A DNA stretch of 64,000 nucleotides from Lama glama (Eukaryota). Positions 25,170 to 37,370 of the stretch are shown here, piece by piece. The stretch covers positions 88,476,001 to 88,540,000 of the forward strand of contig CM052816.1 of assembly GCA_028534125.1 (NCBI GenBank), read 5' to 3'. How positions within the stretch are numbered: position 1 is the first letter of the stretch; each line of letters starts with the position of its first letter. Below the pieces are notes generated by a model. The model searched no databases. It saw only the letters and a program-made list of their open reading frames with translations, and was not told the origin of the DNA. Position numbers and translations under genes: made by a program.

Positions 25170-26360
25170 TCAAAAGGCATCTATTTGGACTCACTTGTCT
25201 GAATATACATTGCCCGTTTATTCAGTCAGCCAATGTGGTGTTTTTGCCAATTAGCAAGCATCACTATTCTGAGTATAAACTCAATTACAAAGAAAGTAAG
25301 CACAAGATGGGGTCTGGTTTCTTCTAGGCTTTCTTTGAGGCATATTCATGTCAAAACAGTCTGTGTAATCAGTCCACTATAGATCCCACTTCTTGTGACT
25401 GAGTCCACAAGAATTAGCATCACTCCACAAATAACACTCCTGTAATTCTATGGCCAGGTCAGACCCTCTTATTTTAGTGCAAAACTACCACGGACTCAGA
25501 TTCCCTTGAGAGAAAGCTGAAAGGGAGATACACATCTAATACCTGTATGGGTCTCTTCAAGAAAATCTACTCTTGATTTATGCAACGCCTTACCCCCCGT
25601 TTCCCTTACTGTTGGTATCTTACGTTACTATGGGACATCTGTCACAGCTCACGAACCAGTACTGATGCTTCATTATTACTAGACAGAGTCCTTAATTTGT
25701 CTGTTTATCACTCGTTCTTCTTGATGTCTTTCTCTGTTTCTGCTCCAGGATGCCAACTGCTATACCACGTTATGCTGCACCGCCATGTCCCCTAGGCTCC
25801 CCTAGCCTCTGTACTTTCTCGGCAGGAAGTGTCTTTTGAGGCATCTTCTTGGCTACATATCACAAGTAAATGTCACTTCGGAAGTAAAATCCCCCAAATT
25901 TTACAATTTCTTCGTGTAAATTATGCCAAAGAGTTTCTGGCATAGCCACTTAAGCTATTCTGTGTAGCTAGTGAGGTCAGGTCTTTAGTCGGTTAGTCCA
26001 AGAAATTATTGAAACCATTTAAAGCTGCTAGACCACACTGTGTCTCAGTGCTTGTACGTATCTGAGCACATTCTTCCATGTATATCCATGTTTTTCACTT
26101 TTTACTGGGCCATCCTCAGAATCTATTAATATGGAATCTAATGCCACACATTTTCCAGATTCCCCGCTCCCAGCATTATTTATCTAAATACTGTTAATTC
26201 TTCTGGTGGGAAAACTTTATGCTTTTGGGTTTGTTTGTTAATTCAGTTAGTGACGCGGCCAGTAGACCCCTGTAGCTCTTGCATTTCTACCATCTCTTAA
26301 GTGAAAGTAAAAAATGTTCCTACAAAAATTTGCCTTCATTGCACTGAATGCTGCAGCAAT
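25170..26360 (-). pseudogene. Ty3/Gypsy-type pol fossil (RT plus RNase H), MamGyp-int-like, interrupted by an L1MC fragment
   Basis: Manual minus-strand translation, in order: RDGR (about 26286-26297), INKQTQ..FP, KCVALDSILID, GYTW (about 26076-26087), KKCKF-like with frameshifts, SEVTF (EVTF 25868-25879), then RNase H YLWSDANSCGLS (25398-25433), YASKK (25330-25344), YIQT. Confidence 0.7.
25575..25814 (-). mobile_element. L1MC-type 3' UTR fragment inserted in the Gypsy fossil
   Basis: CCCGTTTCCCTTACTGTTGGTATCTTACGTTACTATGGGACATCTGTCACAGCTCACGAACCAGTACTGATGC..TTATTACTA is the antisense L1MC 3' end. Confidence 0.7.
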
Positions 26361-26557
26361 CCAGGTGACTCCAGGTAATAATATAAATATTCCCTTCGCC
26401 AGTGTTTGTTGTGGGCTACTTAAGTCCCATGCCTATATGTGAATTGAATTTTCAGTGCTGTCAGATTCAACTGACCCCATTAAACGAGGACAGATTTCTC
26501 CCAGTGACAGCCAACAGTTGGCCAAGACTGGTTGTGTGCCTACCCTTTAGTTGCCAG

Positions 26558-27090
26558 TGTGTGTTTTTTTGGGGGGGTATCTATTGTTTTGTTCCCTACT
26601 TTTCTAGAAACTAGTGGCTTAAGAAAATCATAATTACATTATTTCTTATAATTCTGTCGTTTGACCAGGACCCAGTTAGGTGTCCTTCTCTCTTGTCTTT
26701 TGGAGTCTTTTATGTAACTACAGTCAGATGGTTGTTCCAAGATGGCTTCACACATGTATCTGATGTGTTGTCAGGGACGGCCGGTACATCAGGCTCAGTA
26801 AGACACTGAATCCCAGAATATCAGTCTCAGTTCAACTTCGTTGTGTCTAGACAGCCACTTCACATGTCTTCTCCCAGCAGTGTTTCTTAGTATGTATATT
26901 ATAGCTCAGGGTTTCCAAGAGCGAAAAAATGGAAACTATTATGGCTTCATAAGGGAACTAGCCCAATGTCACCTCTGCCACATTTAGTCAAGGGTGCATC
27001 ACAGGGCCTGACTAGTTTATAGGTGAGGGGACTACACTAATGGGTGAGTATTGGAAAATGTGGACCATGTTTGAAAACTCACTAAAACAA
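26558..27090 (-). mobile_element. MaLR LTR (MLT1G/H-like)
   Basis: ACTAGTGGCTTAAGAAAATCAT...TCCAAGATGGCTTCACACATGTATCTG...GAACTAGCCCAATGTCACCTCTGCCACATT. Confidence 0.75.
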
Positions 27091-28869
27091 GTGAAAAGGA
27101 AGACTTGCTTTCTCTTTTCAGATTTCACCAGATCTAAAACAAGGAGGACTTGCTAAAAATGTAGAAAGTTCCAATTTTGAGTAAGCAAGATGTGACAAAT
27201 GTCAACCACATTATGGAATTCTACTCCTAAAAGCGTAGATGCCCCTTCTCTATGGTGTGTTTACAAAATGATCCTCTGAGTGCAAGAACAATATGTTTTT
27301 TTTTTAAATAGATGATTGCTATTTTTGTTATCCAGGTAATCTTTTCTCAGTCCAAAAGTTAACCCCTTTTTCTTGCTAGTTTCTGTGGCACAATAAAAAT
27401 GTCTAGTTTTTAGGGAAAGTCTTTTAACAATTCTAGATCCAGATATGCCAGAATGACACTTGAATTTCAAATCCTTGTCCTGTCACGTATTCGTTCCTCT
27501 GCTCTGAGAATACAAATATTTTTGGTAATGATAGAGATTCAATATGAATTTGATAAAAAATGATTAGGAATATGGGAATTCTTCCTGAGCCATCACCTGT
27601 CCCTCTGTAAGAAGCTTGAAGGGACAAGAAATGCTTATTATCTGGAAGGCATATATCTCATATCCTTCTGCAGGTGTCAGTGCTAAACTCTGCCAAAATT
27701 TCAGCCAACATCTGGACATCCTCCTTTATTTCCAATACTCTCTAATTTGCAGTTGGTCACTAAACACAAAATGAATAGAGTATCCAAATACACGATATCT
27801 TATAGAAGAAAGAAGAAGGAAGGAAGCAAGAATGCCCGTTTAGCATATAGGTCCAGGAACGGGCTTATATTGTATACACAATTGCTTGAGAAGCATAAAT
27901 TAGAAGGGACAAAAGAAAGCCCTTGACCTTTCAACACAGAGAATTGTGCCTTAATAAACGTTATCCAATCAAGATGAGGATCTACTCACTTAGATGAAAT
28001 ATCCCTTTGTTCAGGGTTGAAAGTGCAATGAATAAGGGCACTAGAAAGGGGTATGGAGGCACAGAGTTATCAATCTCTGTTGGGCCAATGCTTTTTAACA
28101 CCACAGTCAGCTATGCAAAGGCAATATAGTGTTTGTTTTTTAATCACCTGTTTTTCCTCCTTAATCTTCACTAACGTAAGAATGAGGAATATAGTCAATA
28201 TAGATTCCACTCAGGTAAACAATCCAATGAAACAAAAATGAATTTAGTAAAACAGTCATTGTGTTTAACAAAAATACATTTTTCATAACTATGGTAATTA
28301 ACATGCACAATTATCTATTGTAAAAACTAATGAAAAAAGTGAAGGGATCATCCATAAATGAGTATATAGTTTATTTTTCCTGGACTGAATCATGATTGAT
28401 ATAATATTTAACAACAAAATTAGGTGACAGATCCTTAAAATTGGAAATCTGAGATTGCTTATCTGAACTGATTGGGTTTGAAGACGAAGATGATTCTACT
28501 CCTCCTGGAAATGGAAATCAATAGTGCATGACACACAATAGCAAAACGTTTAAATTATCACAAAATTAACCTACTGGAAACAAGAGTAAGCAGCTGTGTT
28601 TGACTGACATAGTCTGAATGAGGAGTTCAAGTGGTGCAGGGACAATGATGGTGTCTAAAAGTACAGAGCTGAAAAATGGAGAACATGACGACCTCAAGGC
28701 TTAAAACACCATTTGAAGGAATGAAGAAAAGTTGAGTAGGTAAACCACAAAAGAAAATGTTTGGCTGCCCTCTAGGAAGAGTTGCTCAGCATCATTTCTG
28801 TCTTGGAAAATGTATTTCAGGAATATTCTAGAATAAAATGATATCAAAATTTTAATTCTAGTAAAGGTA

Positions 28870-29105
28870 AAGTAAATGGTCCCCATCTAGCCTTACCACC
28901 ATGAATAATAAAAAACTAAATAATATACATCAAGTAACAGTGTCTGCCTAGTGAATGGTAGGCACCCAAGGCTCCAATCCCTGAGAGAAGCAAAGCCAAT
29001 GAGGTGAGCCCCCAGGTAACCATGGTTCTTGGCCTGTGACAGCTCTCCCACTGGGGAAGTGGGAGCCGAAGGCCTTCAGAGCAGGGAAGCCTCACTGAGC
29101 TAAAG
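28870..29105 (+). mobile_element. Old L1 5'-region fragment (L1M/L1MD-like)
   Basis: ATCCCTGAGAGAAGCAAAGCCAATGAGGTGAGCCC resembles old L1 5' UTR modules. Confidence 0.4.
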
Positions 29106-30565
29106 ACTTTCCATCCTTTCCTATTCTAGTCCGTGCCTTTGTATTCATATCCTCTTACGTGTTTCCACAGTATCCTTTAGTTGTCCTTCCTGAACACTCC
29201 TCCTCAAAACCATCCATCCTTATGTGAAATTGGTCTTCTCTTCTAGTCTAAATTCAGCATCTTTTAATCATCTACACTGAGAAATATCAGGGCACTCACT
29301 CTGGCTCAAGACAAAGTTGCTCCAACAGAAGTGGTAAAGCAGTTAAACATTTTTGACCAATCTTGGCACCAAAACAAACACATTAAAAAACACAAAAACA
29401 CAAATTAGTAATTATCCCATAAGTAAAAAAGCATTAATTGTTTCTCAATTATTATGAAAGACCCGTATCATATACTTTGAAAAGACAAAACTAATTTTTA
29501 TACTTCTCAAGGCTTTATTTGAAAACATATATGCAGAAAAAATTTTAAATTTAATGACAAAAATCAATTGCTATGAAAGATAATATTTGTTGCCTGATTC
29601 ACATAGCATAGAAAATGTTTTGAGCTGATTTATTCACGCTATAAATACTGATGAGAAAGCATATCACATCAACTTTCATCATGATTTTATATTCCAAAAA
29701 TGATCAAACACCTTTCCACGTCTGAGAGATGTTCTAGAATGCCTGATTTAATTTCATCCTGTATGTGTAGCTACAACTTCAACATCTTGAAGTTGTGTAA
29801 AGAGTATTAATAGATAAAACCCATATATGTAAGGCATTTTTAACTATTTCCTGTATCATTGAAATAGTCTGCCATAAATATATATTCGTGATTTTAAAGA
29901 AATAATAAAAGGAGCAAGTTGTGCTGGAAAGAATCCCACGCTTAGTAATGCTGAGTAAACATGCAACGAATTACTTTAGACTTAATTAATTTTTAAAGGC
30001 TAATCTTAAAAATAAAGTTCTTTTTGGCAATTTTGGTGGTTTCATCTGTCTTTATTACTTCATAGCAGAGTCCAAGCTAGAAAGTGAAAAAGTACAGCAT
30101 TGAAAATATCAAGACCAGACAGTTTTAAATAGAAATAGATTTCATTAACACATAAAGTTATGGAAGGAGATAAACGGAAAAAATTAAAGACTAAAAGGAC
30201 AACCACAGAGAGGATGCTGATTCCTCACTCCAGTTCTGTGTATTTCACATAATTAATGCATCAATTATATGTATATGCTAAGTGTATATCAACTGTTCAA
30301 TGCTAAAGAAGCTCTTTTTTGTGTCCTTCTTTTTAATTCAGTTTAATGCAATTAAATATGACAATCCTTTTTTTTTTCATTCTCTACTAGTTTTTTTTTT
30401 TTTTTCATTCTCTAGCCAGGCTAGTAAGTGTAGAGCGAAGGAAAGGAAGATAAGACATTATCCTTGTCCTTGAGAACTCACTCTCCAGAGGGATAGTTGG
30501 ACCCAAAAAAACAAAAACAAAAACAACGTGTTTTTTGCCATCTATATTTGATTTTACTGCTCAGA

Positions 30566-30925
30566 TATTATAAACTGAATTGTGTCCATCCCCCAAATTC
30601 ACATGTTGAAACTCTAATACCCAGTACCTCATATAAGACCTTTAAAGATGGGATTAAGTTATAATACAGCTGCTAGGGTGATCCCTAATCCATTGTAATT
30701 GGTCTCCTTTTAAGAAAAAGAACTTTGGACACAAAACAGACTCAGAAATGCCCACACACACAGAGAAAGGCAGACATCTAGAAGCCAAGGAGAATGGCCT
30801 TAGGAGAAACCAACTCTGCAAGATCTTGAACTTCTAGCCTCCAGAACTGTAAGGAAACAAATTTCTGTTCTATATGGCACCCAGTCTGTGGTATTTTGTT
30901 GTGATAGCCTTAGCAAACTAATTTA
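30566..30925 (+). mobile_element. MLT1A/B-like solo LTR with 5-bp TSD
   Basis: ACTGAATTGTGTCC..CCAAATTCACATGTTGAA...CTTCTAGCCTCCAGAACTGTAAG...CCCAGTCTGTGGTATTTTGTT...AGCAAACTAAT. Flanks TCAGA (30561-30565) and CCAGA (30926-30930). Confidence 0.92.
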
Positions 30926-31464
30926 CCAGACTACAAATCATTTTTACAAATTGAACATTTAACATGTATTTGAGAAAATCTACTTTTCACTGAGTTCTCT
31001 ACAATACAAAAGTAACAAACAAGAAAGACACCATCTCTGATTTGAACATATACTCAGGGTGGGAAAGACAAATACTGCATAAGGAATGACAGTTTTGATG
31101 GATGTGAAAATTTTTCGTACAATCTATTACGAGAACAGACTACAGGAGACCAAAATAAAGTTTATTATGAGAATTTTTCCTTTTGGAGTTATTTCAAATC
31201 TATTCAAAATTGTGTGTGGGCTAGTTAAGGAAGGTAGCAGACAAGGAGGAAGAGAGGAGAGACCACTGAGTCTTTATTAAACTGAAACCTAGTTGAAACA
31301 GTTGATGCAGACAAACAGGAATAAACTGGTGGGAGACAAAGCTGAGAAAAAGGTAGAGTTCAAAATAAGAAGAGTTGTGTGTGTCACATTACATATGTGA
31401 TATTCAAATATCAGAAAAACGTTTTTCAATAGAGCAGAGTCAATTGACTTTTTCTCTTATGTTT

Positions 31465-32005
31465 GTTTCAACAGTTTTGTTGAAGTACCATTTACATACC
31501 AAAAAAAAATCCCTTTAAGGTATTCAGTCTGACAAGTTTTGGCAATTTCATATAGTCATAAAACCATCACCACAAAAGAGATATTAAACATACCAGATGC
31601 TCCAAACAATTCCATCCAGACTCTTGCGGTTAATCTTCTCTCCTATTCCTGTAGGGCACAACTATGTATATGTTTTGTTTTGTTTTGTCACTATAGGTTT
31701 TTTCCTTAGAATTTCATATAAATGTAATCATATAATTTGTGTATATACTATGGTATTCAACTTTTTTACACATATTCTGTTTTAAGCATGTATCCAAATT
31801 TTGTTTGTTTTCTGATTAACCTTCTATAGAATATGTGCAGTACAATTAGTATGTTAATTTACCAGTTAATAAGTATGTTTCTAAGCTTTGGCTACCATGA
31901 ATAATGCTGCTATGAACATTAATATGCAATTCTTATTTTGGACATATGCTTTCTTTTCCCTTGGATAGTTACTGTTTCTTTTCTCTTGGGTAACTGTCTA
32001 GGTGC
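31465..32005 (-). mobile_element. Old L1 3' end (L1MB/L1ME-like)
   Basis: CAGTTTTGTTGAAGTACCATTTACATACC...GAATTTCATATAAATGTAATCATA...ATGAATAATGCTGCTATGAACATT. Confidence 0.8.
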
Positions 32006-32039
32006 ATATTTATATTATATTTATGTACAATAACTGACA

Positions 32040-32950
32040 CAAGTGTATAATTGGTTTAATGTTAAGAGATGATGACAAGGTAGAAGTCAAATATAACTCA
32101 TAATTTTCTGTCTTGAGAGAATTAAGATGGTGTTGGCATTTTTGAAAATGAAAGAAAGTTGGAAAGAGAAAATATAATTATAGTTTGAAATCTTAAATTT
32201 GAGATTCTGTGATGCAGCCAAATGGAGATATTGAATATTGGGTTAAATGAAGAGTCTACAGGTAACAAAAGTGTTCTTTGCTACAGGGTACACATATTGT
32301 AATAGTGTAGAGGCAAATAAAATTCACAATATTGGACAAGATCAGTGGCCAGCAAAGTATAACCCAAGGGTCAAACTACCGATTTTTGTAAATTAAATGC
32401 TACTTTTTAATTGCCACACCCATGATTTATGCATTGTCTATGCTGCTTTCAGAGTAAAACCTAGAATTAACTAATTGTGACAAAGATCGGATGATCCACA
32501 AACCCATATTTACTCTCTGGTCTTATTTACTCTCTGGTCTCTACAGAAAAAAGTTTGCTGAGTCCCCGACACGATTACCGAGAGAATACAGAGTTATCAG
32601 CAAAGACTGTAAGTTGATGTAGACTAGAGGGCTAGGAATATTCTGCATTTAAAAATAAGGTAGAGGACAGAAATCTCAGCAGAAGACACAGGTAAGTGTG
32701 CAGAATGTAAGGAGAAAAAATAGGAAAGTGTACTGTTATAAAGTCTAAGAAAGCAGAATTTTGAAATGAATGAGAGATCAACTGAAATCAAGAAACATGA
32801 GGACTGAAAAATAAGTATATGGAAGTCACTGATAAACTTACAAGGACAGTTGTGGTAAAACAATATAAATCCAATGATGGGAGCAGGATTGGGAAATGAT
32901 TATTAGAGCAGGGTACTAAACGTATTCAATTTGTTATGGCAGTGGGAAGA
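32040..32950 (-). mobile_element. Degraded LINE-2, host of MER58
   Basis: TTTGAGATTCTGTGATGCAGCCAAATGGAGATATTGAAT; GGAAGTCACTGATAAACTT. Confidence 0.55.
32343..32568 (+). mobile_element. MER58-type hAT-Charlie MITE
   Basis: Degenerate TIRs CAGTGGCCAGCAAA...TTTGCTGAGTCCCCG and internal CATTGTCTATGCTGCTTTC. Approximate TSD GACAAGAT/GACACGAT. Confidence 0.85.
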
Positions 32951-33269
32951 AAGATGACTGAATTGAGGTTTAGAATCTTTTCGTCTATTATCCACCAGTA
33001 GACTACGGACCATTAGCTGTATTTGTTGTTGTCTAAACAGAACAACCTGAAGATAATGGTCAATGCCAACCAGGGCACAATGTACTTCAGTACCTGGTAG
33101 AGAATGTGAGGGGGTTATCAGTAAGCCAAATGTTCGTCTTAGCAGGTAAAGTGATGCTGTAGCGGAGGACAGAAATTATAGTGAAATAACAAAGTGGAAA
33201 ATGAGAAAGACAAGTAGGTCCTTTAGTGGCATCACTTATTTATAAATGCACGATTGAGATATGAGAGAG

Positions 33270-33415
33270 GTGTACAGGGTTTTGCCATTTATTACTTGTG
33301 GTTGGATCTTGAGCAAGTGTGCCCTTCGCCCAATTTTGATTGTTCATACTATATGAGAAAATTTAAAATGTCCCAAACTGTACGTCATACTGAATACTAA
33401 GTAGTATCATGTTTT
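33270..33415 (+). mobile_element. MIR fragment
   Basis: TTTTGCCATTTATTACTTGTGGTTGGATCTTGAGCAAGT resembles the MIR core. Confidence 0.45.
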
Positions 33416-33439
33416 ACAAGGACAAGAAATAATCAGCTT

Positions 33440-33550
33440 TAAATAAGAAATGTTGAAAAGAAAGGGTACTACTAATCCTCACATCTGTCTTGTGTGCCCT
33501 ATAAAAAAATAAATGGCTCATGGGGACTGACTACTGATTTTTCAATAAAG
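33440..33550 (+). pseudogene. LTR-retroelement reverse transcriptase N-terminal remnant
   Basis: With small frameshifts reads IRNVEKKG-VLLILTS...VCPIKK-INGSWGLTTDF, similar to ERVL IKDLKDAGVVIPTTS..IWPVQKTDGSWRMTVDY. Confidence 0.55.
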
Positions 33551-33629
33551 ACATTACAAGAAAAGAAACTTGCAGAGCAATAGCTGTCAGGAACATGGAC
33601 CAAAAATAGTCCTAACAAGATATTTAAAA

Positions 33630-34825
33630 ATTGAATTCAAGAATACACATATGTGTAGATGTGTAGATAGAGTGTAAATGTGTATAAATCAGTTCATATA
33701 CATGTATCCCCTTGACTTGTTGGTTGAGAAAACCTAGAAGCAGTGATACCCCAAGATTAATGAGCACACTTAGCAGAAGATACTGGTTTCTAGTACCATT
33801 CTCCAATAAAATAAATCAGTCAGCACACTTGGAGAAATTGCTTATTCCAGGACTGGGGCAGGAAATAAGTGAGATGAATTTGGAGCACTCTGCATTGCCA
33901 AGGTAAGGAGGTGTTTACAGGAAGAAAATAAACCAGGATGGTAGTATGCCAAAGGGATGCAGAATTCGACAGAAAGAGTTCCAAATATTTAAAGCTAGAA
34001 AATTTGAGCCATAAAATAAAGTAATATTGCATTATAACCTGAATATATATATCCAGGTGTCCATAGTGCCATAAATAAATACACGACTCAATAAATAGAT
34101 AAATCGTGGATAACAAACAATTTCTCATGTAGAAAAATTCCCAATAATTTACATAAATTCTTCACTCTCAAGGAGGTGAAGCATAACTCCTTAAATGTGG
34201 ACTGTGAAAATGACTCTATTTCAAAGAGTACAGTATGCAAAGGATGGAGGAGGGCAAAAAGGTTAATGTAGCATTGGAGAAACCTGACAAACACTAGGTT
34301 ATAAACATTTACATTGGCAGTGTTAAGCCATGTTTATAATATGTACCCTTGATATAATGTAATAACAATGATGCTCTACGTCTGCAATTTTCCTCTCTAA
34401 AAACAAATACCATAGCCTGATCATGAGAAAAAACATCAACAAATCCCAAATGAGGGCCATTCTACAAAATACCCGAACAGCTCTTTTGAAAACTGTCAAG
34501 ATCAAGGAAAATGAGGAAAGTCATTGTCACAATCATAACTGAGAGGATCCTAGAGAGACAGGACTACTAAATTTAACATGGTATCCTGGATGTGATCTTG
34601 GAATTGCAAAGGTAATTAAGTAAAACCTACGTCAATGTAAATAAAGAATGAATTTTAGTTGATAATAATGCATCGGTATTGGTTCATTAAGGGTAACACA
34701 TGGACCATTCTAATGTAAGACGTTAATAGGAGAATCTGAGTGTGGGGTCTGTGGAAACTGTATTATCTTCACATTTCCTTTTTGTAATTCTAAATGTGTT
34801 GTAAAATGAAAAGTTCAATAAAAAA
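33630..34825 (+). mobile_element. L1MC3/L1MD-type 3' UTR
   Basis: TTGGAGAAATTGCTTATTCCAGGACTGGGGCAGGAAATA...AAATCCCAAATGAGGGCCATTCTACAAAATACC...TTTGTAATTCTAAA plus tail. Confidence 0.88.
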
Positions 34826-35215
34826 GCATGCTCTATATACATCTACATCTTAAAAATTAGAAAACACTGATAAAATATTGATAAACCGTCAGTCTGTTGT
34901 TCAGAAATCCATTACATCCCTGGAAATATGCACAGTGGAAGCTATGCTTAGGCTACCCTGTGGGTTTTCGGCATCACTAACAGGGATACAAAATCTAGAT
35001 TAACAGATGGTACACTGGGGTGGAGGTAGGAAGAAATTGTGGTTGATTGAAAAGAGGTATAAAGATGGATAAGGAAAACAGAATAGGAAATTATTATTCC
35101 TTATCTAACTTAGCCTTCCAAAGCAAGATAATGATTTTCTTAGCCATTTCTCTTAGATGTAGTGGTGTTCAAAGTTGGGAGAAGCCCAAGATTTCTTTTT
35201 CCTTGAAGAGGAGAA

Positions 35216-36401
35216 TGTAACTGAAGTCAAATTCTAAGATTTACCCCAAAACAATTTAAATCATTAGGAAAAAAGACATCAACCAGAATTTCTTGATGAA
35301 GCTCATGATTAACAACAGTTGAATTTACCTGTCACTTCTGTAGCATTTTCTTGGTTATGTTTATCATATTGTCTCTTGTATAATCTCAAAAGAAATACCT
35401 CCTTAGAAATAGACAGTATGGTTTATGACTGGCAGTGAGTAGCTGGTACAGTATGTGGCTGTAAACTAGGAAGGTGCCTCTTTTAGACAACTGCATGGGT
35501 ACAAAGACGAAAGGATTTTTACTGCCTGATACTATATTAGATTCTGCTTTATCCTTAAACCATATGTAAGTATGAATGGATCATTATAAAAGTACCATTG
35601 AAAGAATCAGCATAATGTCCAAAATGGTGAATACTGGTGATGTAACAGTTAAAGATCAGTGATGATTTGTTTCTGTCACTTCAGAAAAAACCATTATGAA
35701 ACGCCTTTTTCCTGCATATTGATTGAAGTACATCTTGAAACACATCTCTGAATATGGCCAGTTAACAACTGCCCAGATGACATATTTCTTGAAGGTACAT
35801 GTAAGTTACTTGAATTTCACCATCACCACAAGTACTCAGCATTTTTGATGATTCAGGTAGCAGTGGCCCCGACGTAGAAAGATATTCCTGGGGCCTTAGA
35901 AACTTGATTTGGTATGGACTGGACATAGAAAAGATTTTTTCTGGAGGCTCACCCTGGGTATGATAAGGACTTGTTAACTTAGATAGGAACACAAGAGGGA
36001 GCTATTTTCAAGGAAACTGGCCACGCTCAAGCGGTGCACCTTATAAGAGGAAGAGAAAGTCTGATCAAATTAAAAGACAGTGATTAGGTGAGCTGGTGGC
36101 TCAGACTGTATGTGTGGGGATATTCTGACGAGCTTAAAATTGGCAAGTCATCACTTAAGTGTGGGCAAATACTCAACCTTATTCATCATGACCACATGTC
36201 GAACCATTAACTTAGGGCACTGGAATTTGCACCTTGGAATCTCAAAAAGTTATGTTGTTACTTTGCATGCTACATTGTCACCTGCCATGAATTCTTTCTT
36301 AAAACCAAGCCAATTTAAAGTGGGGGTGATGCTTGTTTTGTGTTGTGAGTTTGATTGTGAATCTGAATCCAAACCACTGCAGCAGGGTGGGTAGAATTGC
36401 A
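35216..36401 (+). mobile_element. Putative ancient ~1.2 kb LTR preceded by a polypurine tract
   Basis: T-run plus GAAGAGGAGAA (35205-35215) directly before TGTAAC. Candidate end ATTGCA at 36401. Lies downstream of the RT remnant in the same orientation. Confidence 0.4.
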
Positions 36402-36474
36402 AAATGAATGGAAATATATCCATGGTCAGTGGATCCAGTAATATGACCATTTAGACCATAATTCATATTAAAGT

Positions 36475-37370
36475 CTTCTTTTTTTTAATTTAAGCAAAAC
36501 TTTCAAAAAATATGTATGCTGAAATGTATACAGATCATAGATGAACACATGGGTAAATTTTCATAAATTAATCTTTCTGTGCAACCAGCATCCAAATCAA
36601 GAAATTTAATATTTTTAGCATACCAGAAACCCACTTTGGGCTTTCTTCCTAGTCATTATCTCACTTTAAGACAACCCTTCCTCCGACTGTAATAAGTTGG
36701 TATGTTCTGCCATTGCTTGGACTTTATAAAACTAGATGTTACAAACTTAACCTCTTTTGATTAAGATTATTCCAACCACATTCAGTCATGCTTTTGTATG
36801 GAGCAACAATTTTTAATGTTTATGGCTATATAATATTTTATCAGATGAATACACCATAATTTATCTATAGATTTGGAGAGGCACTTTTACCTTCTCATCC
36901 TCGGTTTTCTCACAAAAGATGATTACTGTCTTTTTTAACCCCACAGTAAAAAAATTAGAGAAAAACAATTTTATTTTTTATTTCTCTGGAAGACTGATTT
37001 TATTTTTGCAGCTTTCCCTTTTACTTAGTGTTCTTCCCACAAAAGCCTAACTTTTAGATTTCAATTTAAATTCCACTTCCCCTCTTATAACGGTTCATCC
37101 TTTAATATAGTTGTTAACATCCATCACCCACCTGAGATGAGCATTTGGTCCCTATGGTGAAGCCAGTTGTGACGTTTTGCTCATCCATCTATTTTTTGTT
37201 CTTATTTTTGTTATTTTGCTTTTCAGAAATTCCTCTTTTTTTTTTTTCTGTGAGCTTACAAAACATTTAAAATAAAGGTAATCATGCTCTCTGTAACACA
37301 AACCTATTTTATAGTGTGAAGACTTTTCAGACTATCTAGCTAACCAAACTATCAGAAAAAGAAATCCCTT
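36475..37370 (-). mobile_element. L1ME-like 3' fragments
   Basis: Poly(T), then AATTTTCATAAATTAA...CAACCAGCATCCAAATCAAGAAA...AGCATACCAGAAACCC. Confidence 0.6.

Noticed and set aside
29773..29796. Perfect hairpin ACAACTTCAA-CATC-TTGAAGTTGT
   Set aside because: A 10-bp stem is plausible by chance in 64 kb of AT-rich DNA, and there is no supporting context.
33150..33185. Possible protease DTG-like motif upstream of the RT remnant
   Set aside because: Reads DAVAE, which is too degenerate to support.
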